A DNA stretch of 45,685 nucleotides, taken from contig JBEILV010000001.1 in assembly GCA_040379105.1 (NCBI GenBank), forward strand, positions 1 through 45,685. Direction: 5' to 3'. The translations under genes and the position numbers were made by a program. This stretch comes from Flavobacterium sp. (lineage in GTDB: Bacteria; Bacteroidota; Bacteroidia; Flavobacteriales; Flavobacteriaceae). Shown piece after piece: positions 28,981 to 38,880 of the stretch. The notes under the pieces were generated by a model. The model was not told the DNA's origin. It worked only from the letters and a program-made list of their open reading frames with translations, and did not search any database. Every line of letters starts with the position of its first letter. Position 1 is the stretch's first letter.

Positions 28981-30517
28981 AAGATTTGGTTTAAAAACAA
29001 ATTGCATTGCAGACATTATAAATGTGCTGAAACTACAACCACAAGTGGAAGAAGCCCTTATTTTTGGTTCTCGTGCTATGGGAACGTATAAAAATGGCTC
29101 TGATATTGACATAGCTCTCAAAGGCGAAAAAATAACTTTTGATATCATTGCTACTATTCGTTTACGATTAGACAAATTGCCCTATCTCTATATGTATGAT
29201 ATTATTGATTACAAAAAAATAAGCAACCCTGCTGTCACGGCTCATATTGATGAATTAGGAATCACTTTTTATAAAAAAGAAGAAAAGCCGAAGGAATGGA
29301 AAACATACACGTTAAGTAATTTGATAAATGTAAAACACGGTTTTGCATTTAAGGGTGAATATTTTTCAGAAGAGCCTACAAATGACATATTGCTTTCACC
29401 GGGTAATTTCAAAATTGGAGGAGGTTTTAAGTCTGATAAATTCAAATATTATAACGGTGAGTTTCCAAAAGATTACATTCTGAAAGAAGGTGACATACTT
29501 ATAACAATGACCGATTTGAGTAAAGCGGGAGACACGTTAGGGTATTCGGCAAAAATTCCACCGCACAATGGAATTAATTATTTACACAACCAAAGATTAG
29601 GTTTAGTTCAATTCAAGAATGATGAGATTGACCCTGATTTTTTATATTGGATTTTAAGAACAAAGCCATACCAATATTATATTGTTGGCTCTGCAACAGG
29701 TTCTACAGTTAAACATACTTCACCGACGAGAATTTGTAGTTATGAATTTGAAGCACCGATTGACAAAGAAAAACAACAAGAAATAGCCCAAATTCTTACT
29801 TCGCTTGACGACAAAATAGAACTCAACTTACAAATGAACCAAACCCTTGAAGCCATGGCACAAGCCTTGTTTAGAGAATGGTTTGTAAACTTCAACTTTC
29901 CAAACTTTGATGGAGTTTTAGAAAATGGATTGCCGAAGGGTTGGAGAAAATGTCAAGTAAAAGATATTTGTGAAGCAAATTCTTCAACTCTAAATTCAAA
30001 AGATACAATTAGTGAGGTACATTATATTGAAATATCAGAAGTTGATAGAGGTATGATAAATAATATTAGTGTCTATAAAAGAGGCGAAGAACCAAGTAGA
30101 GCAAAAAGAAAATTGAAGCACGGAGATACTGTACTTTCAACAGTTCGCCCAAATAGAGGCTCATATTTCTTGTCTCTTTTTCCAAGTGAAAACCTAATTG
30201 CTTCCACAGGATTTGCGGTATTTTCACCTACCAAAGTTCCATTTTCATTTTTATATATTTTCTTAACTAATGATGACCAATTAGAGTTTTACGGTAAAAT
30301 GGCAGACGGTGCGGCATATCCTGCAATTAATCAATCGGTAATAATGAATATGGAAATCATTTTACCAACAGCAGAATTACTTGAAAGGTATCAAGATGTT
30401 TCAAGTAATTTAATGATAAGAATTTATGAGAATTTAGAAGCAAATAAAATTTTAACCCAAACCCGAGATACTTTATTACCAAAGTTGATGAGTGGGAAAA
30501 TAGAAATAAGAAATTAA
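28973..30517 (+). CDS. hsdS: Fusion: minimal nucleotidyltransferase (MNT) domain + type I R-M specificity subunit
   Basis: aa 1-~100 FGSRAMGTYKNGSDID (GSx10DxD); then EWKTYTL-TRD1, IAQILTSLDDKIELN..MNQTLE spacer, LPKGW-TRD2, RDTLLPKLMSG. Confidence 0.92.
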   Translation: MDKRFGLKTNCIADIINVLKLQPQVEEALIFGSRAMGTYKNGSDIDIALKGEKITFDIIATIRLRLDKLPYLYMYDIIDYKKISNPAVTAHIDELGITFYKKEEKPKEWKTYTLSNLINVKHGFAFKGEYFSEEPTNDILLSPGNFKIGGGFKSDKFKYYNGEFPKDYILKEGDILITMTDLSKAGDTLGYSAKIPPHNGINYLHNQRLGLVQFKNDEIDPDFLYWILRTKPYQYYIVGSATGSTVKHTSPTRICSYEFEAPIDKEKQQEIAQILTSLDDKIELNLQMNQTLEAMAQALFREWFVNFNFPNFDGVLENGLPKGWRKCQVKDICEANSSTLNSKDTISEVHYIEISEVDRGMINNISVYKRGEEPSRAKRKLKHGDTVLSTVRPNRGSYFLSLFPSENLIASTGFAVFSPTKVPFSFLYIFLTNDDQLEFYGKMADGAAYPAINQSVIMNMEIILPTAELLERYQDVSSNLMIRIYENLEANKILTQTRDTLLPKLMSGKIEIRN

Positions 30518-30520
30518 CCG

Positions 30521-30918
30521 ATGAGAATAATAGTTTTACAAGGAATGCCCAACACAGGAAAAACAAGAACATTAAATCTTGTTTATGATATGCTTGTGCC
30601 AAATGGTGGTGGTGTTTCCACCAATCGTCAGCCTTTGGGTGGCGACCCAAGAGATTTTTCTGATATTGTAATTAGAGGAACTCAACGAATTGCTTTTTAT
30701 TCAATGGGCGATTATTCTACCTATTTAGCAAATGCTATTTATGATTACGACCGTCAAGGATGCGATGTATTGGTATCACCAACAACGCCAAAGTACGAGC
30801 CAATAATGCGTTAAACCAATTCAACGTTGCCAGAATAAACAAAACCATTGCTCCCAATTCAACTGCTCAATTAACAACGAATACAGCAGATGCACAAACG
30901 ATATACAATTTGATTTAA
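30521..30918 (+). pseudogene. Small P-loop protein gene, apparently frameshifted near 30775
   Basis: N-terminal IIVLQGMPNTGKT Walker A; frame stops at 30814, but the -1 frame continues ITNNAKVRANNALNQF...ADAQTIYNLI to TAA 30918. Confidence 0.6.
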
Positions 30919-30931
30919 AAACGAAAATAAC

Positions 30932-30971
30932 TTACATTTAGTGTAAATTAAAAATAAAAACAATACTTTTG
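30932..30971 (+). promoter_or_regulatory. Promoter box and putative antitoxin operator of the higBA-like pair
   Basis: TTACA-TTTAG-TGTAA palindrome (30932-30946) and TACTTTTG -7 box (30964-30971) directly before the GTG start. Confidence 0.5.
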
Positions 30972-30973
30972 CA

Positions 30974-31306
30974 GTGGATATAAAATTTGGACATAAGAAA
31001 TTAGGAAAATTAGCCAACGACCCAAGAAAGTGTAAGCAGGAAATGGGCGAAAGAAGAGCCACGCTCTTTTTAAAAAGGCTGACTGATTTGCGTGATGCTG
31101 AAACACTCGAAGATGTAAGACACCTGCCCAGACGGTATCACGAGCTAAAGGAAACACGCAAAGGACAATGGGCTTGCGACTTAGACCATCCTTATCGCCT
31201 TATTTTTATCCCGCAAGAAAACCCTATACCAACCAATGAAAACGGACAATATATTTGGTTTGAAATTGTTGGTGTAGAAGTTATTAAAATAGTAGATTAC
31301 CATTAA
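30974..31306 (+). CDS. HigB/RelE-fold toxin
   Basis: MDIKF..KKL, HELK..RKGQWACDLDHPYRLIF, C-terminal IVDYH. Confidence 0.85.
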   Translation: MDIKFGHKKLGKLANDPRKCKQEMGERRATLFLKRLTDLRDAETLEDVRHLPRRYHELKETRKGQWACDLDHPYRLIFIPQENPIPTNENGQYIWFEIVGVEVIKIVDYH

Positions 31307-31318
31307 AAAACAGCAATT

Positions 31319-32404
31319 ATGGCAACTGTAAACGAATTTTATACAGATATAGCATTCCATCCAGGCGAAACCCTGACAGAGAAATTGGAGGAGCTGAAAA
31401 TGGGACCCAAAGAATTTGCTATCCGTACCGGTAAACCTGAGAAGACGATTATTGCCATTCTTAAAGGCGATAGTTCCATCACACCTGAAATGGCGGTTCT
31501 CTTTGAAAGTGTATTAAAAATCCCAGCTGACTTTTGGTTAAAAAAACAATACCGATTTAACGAATACAAAGCAAGAGAAAAAAGAGCAATGGCTATTGAA
31601 GAAGCCAAAGGTTGGGCAAAGTGTTTCCCAGTTACCGATATGGTAAAGTGCGGATGGCTGAATGCAAGAACTAAAGCAGAAGAAAAAGTAGCAGAATTAT
31701 TTCATTTTTTTGGCGTGAGCTCACCCGATGCTTGGAAAGATTATTTTTTTAACCAACAATTGAAAGTAGCATTCCGTATCTCTTTGGTGCACACCAAAGA
31801 GCCTTATGCTGTTTCTGCATGGATAAGACAAGGCGAAATACAAGCCAGTCAGTTACATTGTGGAGAATATTCAGAAACGAAGTTTAAAAAAGCCTTAAAA
31901 GAAATTAAAAGCATAATGGCTACACAGCCCGATGATTTTTTTGAACAACTGCAACAACTGTGTTTAGCTAGTGGAGTTAAGGTAGTTTATACGCCTTGTA
32001 TTAAAAAAGCACCTTTGAGCGGAGCAACCCGTTGGATAGATGATAACCCATTGATACAACTAACAGGCAGATACAAACAAAATGACCGCTTTTGGTTTAC
32101 TTTCTTTCACGAAGCAGGTCATATACTATTACATGGAAAAAAGGATATTTTCTTAGAAGATATTGAATATTCGGAAGCGGATTTACAAAAAGAGGCTGAG
32201 GCAAACGACTTTGCTGTGGAATGGACATTTTCAACGGAACAAGAAGAAGAAGTATTAAATGCTATTCCATTAACAATTGAAAGGATTCAGGGATTTGCAA
32301 AAAAATTCAATACACATCCGGCAATGATAATAGGTCGATTCCATAAAAAAGAGTTATTGCACTATGCGGAAGGCAGAAACTTTTTTGTGAAACTTGAATT
32401 TTAA
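31319..32404 (+). CDS. HigA-type XRE HTH antitoxin fused to ImmA/IrrE (M78) metallopeptidase domain
   Basis: FHPGETL, ITPEMA, FWL..Q HigA motifs; [21 protein letters not shown] (HExxH), E.EANDFA. Confidence 0.88.
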   Translation: MATVNEFYTDIAFHPGETLTEKLEELKMGPKEFAIRTGKPEKTIIAILKGDSSITPEMAVLFESVLKIPADFWLKKQYRFNEYKAREKRAMAIEEAKGWAKCFPVTDMVKCGWLNARTKAEEKVAELFHFFGVSSPDAWKDYFFNQQLKVAFRISLVHTKEPYAVSAWIRQGEIQASQLHCGEYSETKFKKALKEIKSIMATQPDDFFEQLQQLCLASGVKVVYTPCIKKAPLSGATRWIDDNPLIQLTGRYKQNDRFWFTFFHEAGHILLHGKKDIFLEDIEYSEADLQKEAEANDFAVEWTFSTEQEEEVLNAIPLTIERIQGFAKKFNTHPAMIIGRFHKKELLHYAEGRNFFVKLEF

Positions 32405-32414
32405 GATAATTAAG

Positions 32415-35400
32415 ATGAGAAACAGCATCACCGAAAACGAAATAGAGGTAATTGCCCTTTCCTATCTTCAAAATCTAGGTTATTCCTATATTTTGGGCAC
32501 TACCCTTTCGCCTGATGGCGAACACCCCGAAAGACAGTACAACGAAGTTGTACTGCAAAACCGTTTGCGTGATGCTATTGATAAACTCAACCCAACCATT
32601 ACACAAGATGCCAAAGAAGATGCTCTCAAAAAAGTATTGCGTACTGAAAGTCCCAATGCTTTAATCAACAACGAAACTTTTCACAAATACCTTACCGAAG
32701 GTGTTGATGTAGAAGTACGCACGGCTGATGGCATACGAGGAGAAAAAGTGTATATCGTTGATTTTGCCAATGCAGAAAACAATGAGTTTTTAGCAATCAA
32801 TCAATTTACCATTATTGAAGGCAGTCAGAACAAACGACCAGACATTATTTTGTTCGTCAATGGTTTGCCTTTGGTGGTTATAGAATTGAAAAATGCAGTA
32901 GATGAAAACGCAACGATAAAATCGGCTTACAATCAATTACAAACCTACAAACAAGCCATCCCTTCGCTTTTCACTTACAACGAATTACTCATTGTAAGCG
33001 ATGGTTGGGATGCTTTGTGTGGCACTGTTACCAGCGATTTTGGTAGGTTTATGAGTTGGAAAACCAAAGACGGAGAAACCACAGCCGACCATTTGCAACC
33101 ACAAATGGAAGTGATGTTTTACGGAATGTTGCACAAAAAAACGCTTTTAGACTTAATTCGTCAGTTTGTAGTTTTTGAAAAAAGCGATACCAAAACGCTT
33201 AAAAAAGTAGCCGCTTACCACCAATATTACGCAGTAAACAAAGCCGTAAAAAGCACTGTAATTGCCAGCAGCAGCAATGGAGACAGACGAGGTGGTGTAA
33301 TTTGGCACACACAAGGAAGTGGCAAAAGTTTGAGTATGGTTTTTTATTCAGGCAAGCTCATTATTGAGCCACGAATGGAAAATCCAACTTTGGTAATCCT
33401 AACAGACAGAAACGATTTAGACGAGCAATTGCACGAAACATTTACCAATTGCCAGCAGCTTTTAAGACAAGAACCACAAAAAGCCGAAGACCGAAAAGAT
33501 TTAAGAAAATTATTGAAAGTTGCTTCGGGTGGTATTGTGTTTACCACTATTCAGAAGTTTATGCCAATGCAAACCGACATTGTGCAAACTGAAAATCCGA
33601 ACATTGTTAACGAACCAAGTGTTGAATATATTGGCGCAGACATTCAAGCATTAAGTGAAAGAAAAAATATTGTGGTTGTAGCAGATGAAGCACACAGAAG
33701 CCAGTACGATTTTATAGATGGCTTTGCCAAACATTTACGTGATGCTTTGCCCAATGCAACATTTATAGGTTTTACAGGCACACCAATAGAAAGCACCGAC
33801 CGAAACACACAAGCCGTTTTTGGTACCTATGTGGACATTTACGATATACAACAAGCCGTAAATGATAAAGCCACCGTTCCAATTTTCTATGAAAGCCGTT
33901 TAGCAAAAGTGCATTTTGCAGAAGATGAAAAAGTACATTTAGATGAGCAGTTTGAAGAACTGACGGAAGGCGAAGAGTTGAGCAATCGCCAACAAATGAG
34001 AGCCAAATGGACACGTTTAGAGGCCATTGTAGGCAATCCAAACCGTATCGCAAAAATTGCGGAAGATTTGGTGTATCATTTTGAACAACGCAACGCAGTA
34101 TTAGACGGCAAAGCTATGATTGTATGTATGAGCCGAAGAATTTGTGTGGACTTGTACGATGCAATTATTAAAATACGTCCGTTGTGGCATTCAGACGATG
34201 ACGACAAAGGAACAATCAAAGTAATAATGACAGGCAGTAGTAGTGATACTTTAAATATGCAATCGCATATCCGCAACAAACCAAAACGCAAAGCCATTGG
34301 TGACCGTTTGAAAAATCCGAATGACAGTTTGAAATTGGTTATTGTTCGGGATATGTGGCTCACAGGTTTTGACGCACCTTGTTTGCATACCTTGTATGTG
34401 GACAAACCAATGCGAGGACATAATTTGATGCAAGCCATTGCCCGAGTAAACCGAGTATTTACCGAAGGAAAAGAAGGCGGTTTAGTAGTTGACTATTTGG
34501 GCATTGCACAAGAATTAAAATCGGCATTGGCAGAATACACCGCAAGCGGTGGCGAAGGAAAACCTACACTCGACCAAGAATTGGCAGTTGCCAAAATGTT
34601 GGAATTACACGAAGCAATAGACTATCAATTAAGGCATTTTGATTGGAAGAAATTCTTCACACTTCTACCCGAAGAAAAACTAAAATTCATTCCAGTAATT
34701 GTAGATTATATTTTCAGTCAGGAAAACGGAGAACAAAGTTTTACAGAGAATACTAAAAACTTATTGAAAGCATTTGCTATTTCTGTTCCACACGACAAAG
34801 CAATGGCAATTCGTGATGATGTGGCTTTATTTCAATCCATTAAAGCAAGACTTCAAAAAATATCTGACCGTAACGAAGATGGAAAAACAGATGAGGAAAT
34901 GGAAACAGCAATCAAGCAAATCATTTCAGAAGCCATTACAGCCGACAATGTAATTGATATTTTTGATGCAGCAGGTTTGAAAAAACCAAACATTGAAATA
35001 TTAGACGAACGTTTTTTACAAGAACTAAAAGACTTGCCACAGAAGAATTTAGCCGTTGAGTTATTGAAAAAACTACTCAAAGACGAAATAAAGAAACGAA
35101 CAAAAATCAATTTGGTAGAAAGCAAAAAGTTTTCCGAAATGTTGGAAGATGCTATAAAACGCTATCACAACGGAATGATTGACACCGTAGAGTTTTTGGA
35201 AAAAGTATTAATTCCATTTGCAGAACAACTAAAAGAAGCAGACAAACGAGGGGAAAATCTTGGTTTAGACTTCAGAGAATACGCCTTTTACACAGCGTTA
35301 GAAGTAAACAACACAGCTGTTGCAGTGCTTGGTGACGAAATATTAAAACACATTGCACAAGAACTTTTAAAAACAGTTCGTAACAGTACTACAATAGATT

Positions 35401-35567
35401 GGACAATTAAAGAAAGTGTACAATCAGCATTAAGACGAAACATAAGACGAATTTTACGTTTACACGGTTATCCGCCAGACCTTCAAGAAAAAGCGGTGGA
35501 CACAGTAATTACACAAGCAAAAATGTTAGCAGAGGACTTTATAAACAACAATCCAGGCGAGAATTAA
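32415..35567 (+). CDS. hsdR: Type I R-M restriction subunit
   Basis: [20 protein letters not shown] nuclease motif, [38 protein letters not shown]; start at MRNSITE. Confidence 0.96.
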   Translation: MRNSITENEIEVIALSYLQNLGYSYILGTTLSPDGEHPERQYNEVVLQNRLRDAIDKLNPTITQDAKEDALKKVLRTESPNALINNETFHKYLTEGVDVEVRTADGIRGEKVYIVDFANAENNEFLAINQFTIIEGSQNKRPDIILFVNGLPLVVIELKNAVDENATIKSAYNQLQTYKQAIPSLFTYNELLIVSDGWDALCGTVTSDFGRFMSWKTKDGETTADHLQPQMEVMFYGMLHKKTLLDLIRQFVVFEKSDTKTLKKVAAYHQYYAVNKAVKSTVIASSSNGDRRGGVIWHTQGSGKSLSMVFYSGKLIIEPRMENPTLVILTDRNDLDEQLHETFTNCQQLLRQEPQKAEDRKDLRKLLKVASGGIVFTTIQKFMPMQTDIVQTENPNIVNEPSVEYIGADIQALSERKNIVVVADEAHRSQYDFIDGFAKHLRDALPNATFIGFTGTPIESTDRNTQAVFGTYVDIYDIQQAVNDKATVPIFYESRLAKVHFAEDEKVHLDEQFEELTEGEELSNRQQMRAKWTRLEAIVGNPNRIAKIAEDLVYHFEQRNAVLDGKAMIVCMSRRICVDLYDAIIKIRPLWHSDDDDKGTIKVIMTGSSSDTLNMQSHIRNKPKRKAIGDRLKNPNDSLKLVIVRDMWLTGFDAPCLHTLYVDKPMRGHNLMQAIARVNRVFTEGKEGGLVVDYLGIAQELKSALAEYTASGGEGKPTLDQELAVAKMLELHEAIDYQLRHFDWKKFFTLLPEEKLKFIPVIVDYIFSQENGEQSFTENTKNLLKAFAISVPHDKAMAIRDDVALFQSIKARLQKISDRNEDGKTDEEMETAIKQIISEAITADNVIDIFDAAGLKKPNIEILDERFLQELKDLPQKNLAVELLKKLLKDEIKKRTKINLVESKKFSEMLEDAIKRYHNGMIDTVEFLEKVLIPFAEQLKEADKRGENLGLDFREYAFYTALEVNNTAVAVLGDEILKHIAQELLKTVRNSTTIDWTIKESVQSALRRNIRRILRLHGYPPDLQEKAVDTVITQAKMLAEDFINNNPGEN

Positions 35568-35848
35568 AATGCTTTTTTAACAATATATTTTTATTTTTTT
35601 TCAAAAAGTAAAATTTAATTTAATGTTAGTAAAGATGATGAGATGATAACCATAATTTTATGAAGCTTTAAATCTTTTTTTTTCATGACAATAGGACTTT
35701 TAATGAAGATCATGGATTTAAAAAGCCAAGAAAATTGTTTAAACGACAAGAAAAATCTGTATAAAATTTTTACATCTTATAAAAATCTTGAATTTAAAAC
35801 CTGAACTAAACAACCCCCACCCAACCCATTTCATTCAAAAAAACACTC

Positions 35849-37294
35849 ATGCAAAACGACAAAAACCTAACCCTCGAATATTCATACACATCATTGCCCA
35901 GCCTATTTTATCAATTTGCAAAGCCCGCGCCGTTGCGCAATCCCGAGATTGTGCTGCGCAATGACGCATTTATGGACGCAGTGAACATGCCTTTAAATAA
36001 CGACGATGCTATTTTGTCTCGTTTTTTTAATCATGAAGCAGAATTCAACTCATTTGCACAAGCGTATGCAGGACATCAGTTCGGTCATTTTGCCAAATTG
36101 GGCGATGGCCGTGCGATGATGATGGGCGAATATCTTACTGCATCGAATGAACGATTTGACATCCAACTCAAAGGAAGTGGTCGAACCGCCTATTCGCGCA
36201 ATGGCGATGGAAAAGCTACTTTAAAAGCGATGTTGAGAGAATATTTAATCAGCGAAACCATGCATTTTTTAAAAATCCCAACGTCGAGAAGTTTGTTCGT
36301 TGTAAAATCAGGCAATTGGGTGCAGCGTGAAATGCAACACGAGGGCGCCGTTTTGGCTCGATGGATGAAAAGCCATATTCGGATTGGCACGTTCGAATTT
36401 GCAAGGCATTTTGGTTCGACTGCCGATTTGCAAGCTTTGGCAAACTACACTATCCAGCGTTTGTATCCTGAATTGGAAAAAGATAAAAATCCGGTTTTAA
36501 GTTTGCTTCATAAAGTAATGGAACTACAAATCCATTTGGTTACCGATTGGATGCGCGTTGGGTTCATTCACGGCGTGATGAATACCGACAACAGTGCAAT
36601 CAGCGCGGAAACTTTTGATTATGGTCCTTGCGCTTTTATGAATGTTTATGACCCGGAAACTGTTTTTAGCTCGATCGACTCCCAAGGTCGTTACGCATTT
36701 GGAAACCAACCCAAAATCATCAAATGGAACATCGCAAGGTTTGCCGAAGCGCTATTGCCGATTTTACATCAAGAGGATGAAATTTCGTTGCAAATTGCCC
36801 AAGCTGCCATCGATGATTTTGATGCGCTTTGGTATCAAAACTATTACGAAACCATGGGGAATAAAATTGGGATTTCTGTAGAAAATTCTCAACTAGTCGC
36901 TCTTGTGGATGAATTGCTTAAACTGATGGAAAAACATCAAATGGACTACACGAACACGTTTTTACAATTGTCGGAACTAATTAATTCTGTAGATGTTTTG
37001 CAATTGAACATCGATTTTCAGCAATGGATTGAAAAATGGAAATATGCCATCAACAACACCAATGGCACAGTGGATGCAGAAGCCAAAATGAAAGCGAGCA
37101 ACCCCGTTTTTATCCCTAGAAACCATCTTGTAGAACAAGCGCTGGAAGATGCAATTCATGGCGATATGAAATTATATCATCAACTTTTGGATGTTGCATC
37201 AAATCCTTACGAACATCGGCCAGATTTAGAAATATTTATGACACCTTCCGATTCAAATTTTGAAAGACAATATCAAACGTTTTGTGGCACCTAA
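35849..37294 (+). CDS. selO: Protein adenylyltransferase SelO/YdiU
   Basis: YAGHQFG...LGDGRA, QLKGSG.T.YSR.GDG, GFIHGVMNTDN, DYGP, C-terminal TFCGT. Confidence 0.93.
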   Translation: MQNDKNLTLEYSYTSLPSLFYQFAKPAPLRNPEIVLRNDAFMDAVNMPLNNDDAILSRFFNHEAEFNSFAQAYAGHQFGHFAKLGDGRAMMMGEYLTASNERFDIQLKGSGRTAYSRNGDGKATLKAMLREYLISETMHFLKIPTSRSLFVVKSGNWVQREMQHEGAVLARWMKSHIRIGTFEFARHFGSTADLQALANYTIQRLYPELEKDKNPVLSLLHKVMELQIHLVTDWMRVGFIHGVMNTDNSAISAETFDYGPCAFMNVYDPETVFSSIDSQGRYAFGNQPKIIKWNIARFAEALLPILHQEDEISLQIAQAAIDDFDALWYQNYYETMGNKIGISVENSQLVALVDELLKLMEKHQMDYTNTFLQLSELINSVDVLQLNIDFQQWIEKWKYAINNTNGTVDAEAKMKASNPVFIPRNHLVEQALEDAIHGDMKLYHQLLDVASNPYEHRPDLEIFMTPSDSNFERQYQTFCGT

Positions 37295-37384
37295 TGTCGA
37301 AAAACAAGGGTTCACAAAATACATTTCAATCGAAGTTAAATTGCGTTTTATGCAAGTATTGACATGAAAGAAGAACGATAAGCT

Positions 37385-38377
37385 TTACTCATAAAAATAG
37401 TACTTGAATTTGAAATTAAAAGTATAGTTTGGCATTTGATCAAGTTTCTCTAGATACGCTGTTCTCCGCTCAGCAGGATTAAGATGACCCGCAACCGAAA
37501 TTCTTGGAGCTATTTTAAAGAAGCTAGGGTTTTCTGAAAATACATTTCCAACAAACGACTTCAATGGACCAGTTTCGAGTACCAAAGGAATTTGAATGGG
37601 AATATATTTTGTCATGATCGTGTTTTTTCCTTTAAAGGAGGAAATATAGTTTGGATTTTCAAAAATCAAATTCCCGTTTTCATCTGCTTTTCCAATAAAT
37701 GTGACGGCAAAAAGAATGCCCTCGCTTGAAATTAATGGATTGTTTTTGAGTTTTAAATCCACTTTTCCATTTTTAATTTGTTTGTTTGTTATGACAAAAT
37801 ATTCACTTTCTAGTATCGGATTTTGTATCAAAGAATCGTTTACTTGATGAAAATCGACCCGAACAATAACGTTTGGAAGTTTTTTAGTACCATTTACTTG
37901 CATCCAAATTTCATCGTAAACCAACGGAATTGTGATTTCTTCGAGGAAAACATCTAACGGTTTTGGGGATGCTATCTTTGTGATGATTTGCCCGCCATAA
38001 ACTCCAAAATCATAAAAGGAGTTGATTTTGGGAGCTTCAAATTCTTTTTCTGACTGCTTTTTTTTCTTGTCAGACAAAAGGATCACTTCATCCAAGGCAA
38101 AATCTTTGGGCTTTAAGTATAATCTATCAGCAATTTCGTTCGTATTTATTGTTCTCGAAATATAAGAAACATGAGAAATTTCAAAACTGTCAATGTTTTC
38201 AAAATCATAAATCACAATTCCGTTTTTATCGCCATAAAATCCTTTTCCATTCAATAAATTTATGCTGAAATATTCAATAGGGAGTCTCGAAACTTCATCT
38301 AAAACTTGAAAATTGACCTCTTGAGCATTTAGAAATTGAAAAGCTGATATAAACCAGAAAAATATTATTTTGTATAT
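37385..38377 (-). CDS. Secreted hypothetical protein with CarboxypepD_reg-like N-terminal domain; start codon is ATA (non-canonical or mutated)
   Basis: Frame open upstream of the ORF-track start: ATA-YKIIFFWFISAFQFLNA-QEVNFQVLDEVSRLPIEY..; ISHVSY and LDEVIL motifs. Confidence 0.6.
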   Translation of the reverse strand: MYKIIFFWFISAFQFLNAQEVNFQVLDEVSRLPIEYFSINLLNGKGFYGDKNGIVIYDFENIDSFEISHVSYISRTINTNEIADRLYLKPKDFALDEVILLSDKKKKQSEKEFEAPKINSFYDFGVYGGQIITKIASPKPLDVFLEEITIPLVYDEIWMQVNGTKKLPNVIVRVDFHQVNDSLIQNPILESEYFVITNKQIKNGKVDLKLKNNPLISSEGILFAVTFIGKADENGNLIFENPNYISSFKGKNTIMTKYIPIQIPLVLETGPLKSFVGNVFSENPSFFKIAPRISVAGHLNPAERRTAYLEKLDQMPNYTFNFKFKYYFYE

Positions 38378-38398
38378 GTTTTTGAACTAAAATTTCTT

Positions 38399-38671
38399 TC
38401 AAAATAAATCACTATGAGTTTCAGTGTCCAAAAGTAGCAATGTTAATTCTTTATCGTTTTGTTTCCAAATTAAAAGCCAGTCGGGTTTTATATGACACTC
38501 CCAACAATCTTTATAATTCCCACTTAACTTATGTGGTTTATAATTTACAGGCAATTGTCCGCTTTCTTGCAACATATCAATTACTATTTGTAAAAGCGAC
38601 AAATCATAATTCCGCTTTTTACAAAGTTTTAAGCTTTTATCAAACTTGTTTGTAGTATAAAGGCTATACAT
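38399..38671 (-). CDS. yafQ: YafQ-family mRNA interferase toxin
   Basis: HKLSGNY...WECHIKPDWLLIW, C-terminal THSDLF. Confidence 0.88.
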   Translation of the reverse strand: MYSLYTTNKFDKSLKLCKKRNYDLSLLQIVIDMLQESGQLPVNYKPHKLSGNYKDCWECHIKPDWLLIWKQNDKELTLLLLDTETHSDLF

Positions 38672-38856
38672 TAGCCCAGCACATTTTTAAATAAGTCTTT
38701 ACTGTCTTTATGTTTTTTTATTTTACCATTTTTTTCGTCTTCAAGTGCTTTGTCTAAGCCCGAAACTTTTTTAAAAACTCCAAGTGAAATAATGAAATCA
38801 ATCGTTTTTAATGCAATTGGGTTCTTTGCATCATATTTAAGTGTTATTTCTGCCAT
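38671..38856 (-). CDS. Small putative antitoxin of the YafQ-like toxin
   Basis: 61 aa, TAATG overlap with the toxin, C-terminus LDKALED.KNGKI...DLF typical of RelB/DinJ-like partners. Confidence 0.7.
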   Translation of the reverse strand: MAEITLKYDAKNPIALKTIDFIISLGVFKKVSGLDKALEDEKNGKIKKHKDSKDLFKNVLG

Positions 38857-38880
38857 GATTAATAAATTAAAACGTAAAAT

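Noticed and set aside
28973-30517. Phase-variable hsdS shufflon
   Set aside because: Only one hsdS, with no silent TRD cassettes, invertase or evident inverted repeats in the window
35685-35765. Short ORF MTIGLFNEDHGFKKPRKLFKRQEKSV between hsdR and selO
   Set aside because: 26 codons in AT-rich DNA with no supporting evidence
25460-35850. Prophage, ICE or transposon carrying the R-M cluster
   Set aside because: No integrase, transposase, tRNA target or flanking direct repeats found by eye; called a defence island only
37280-37294. Selenocysteine recoding in selO
   Set aside because: The C-terminal motif uses TGT Cys (TFCGT) followed by TAA; no in-frame TGA
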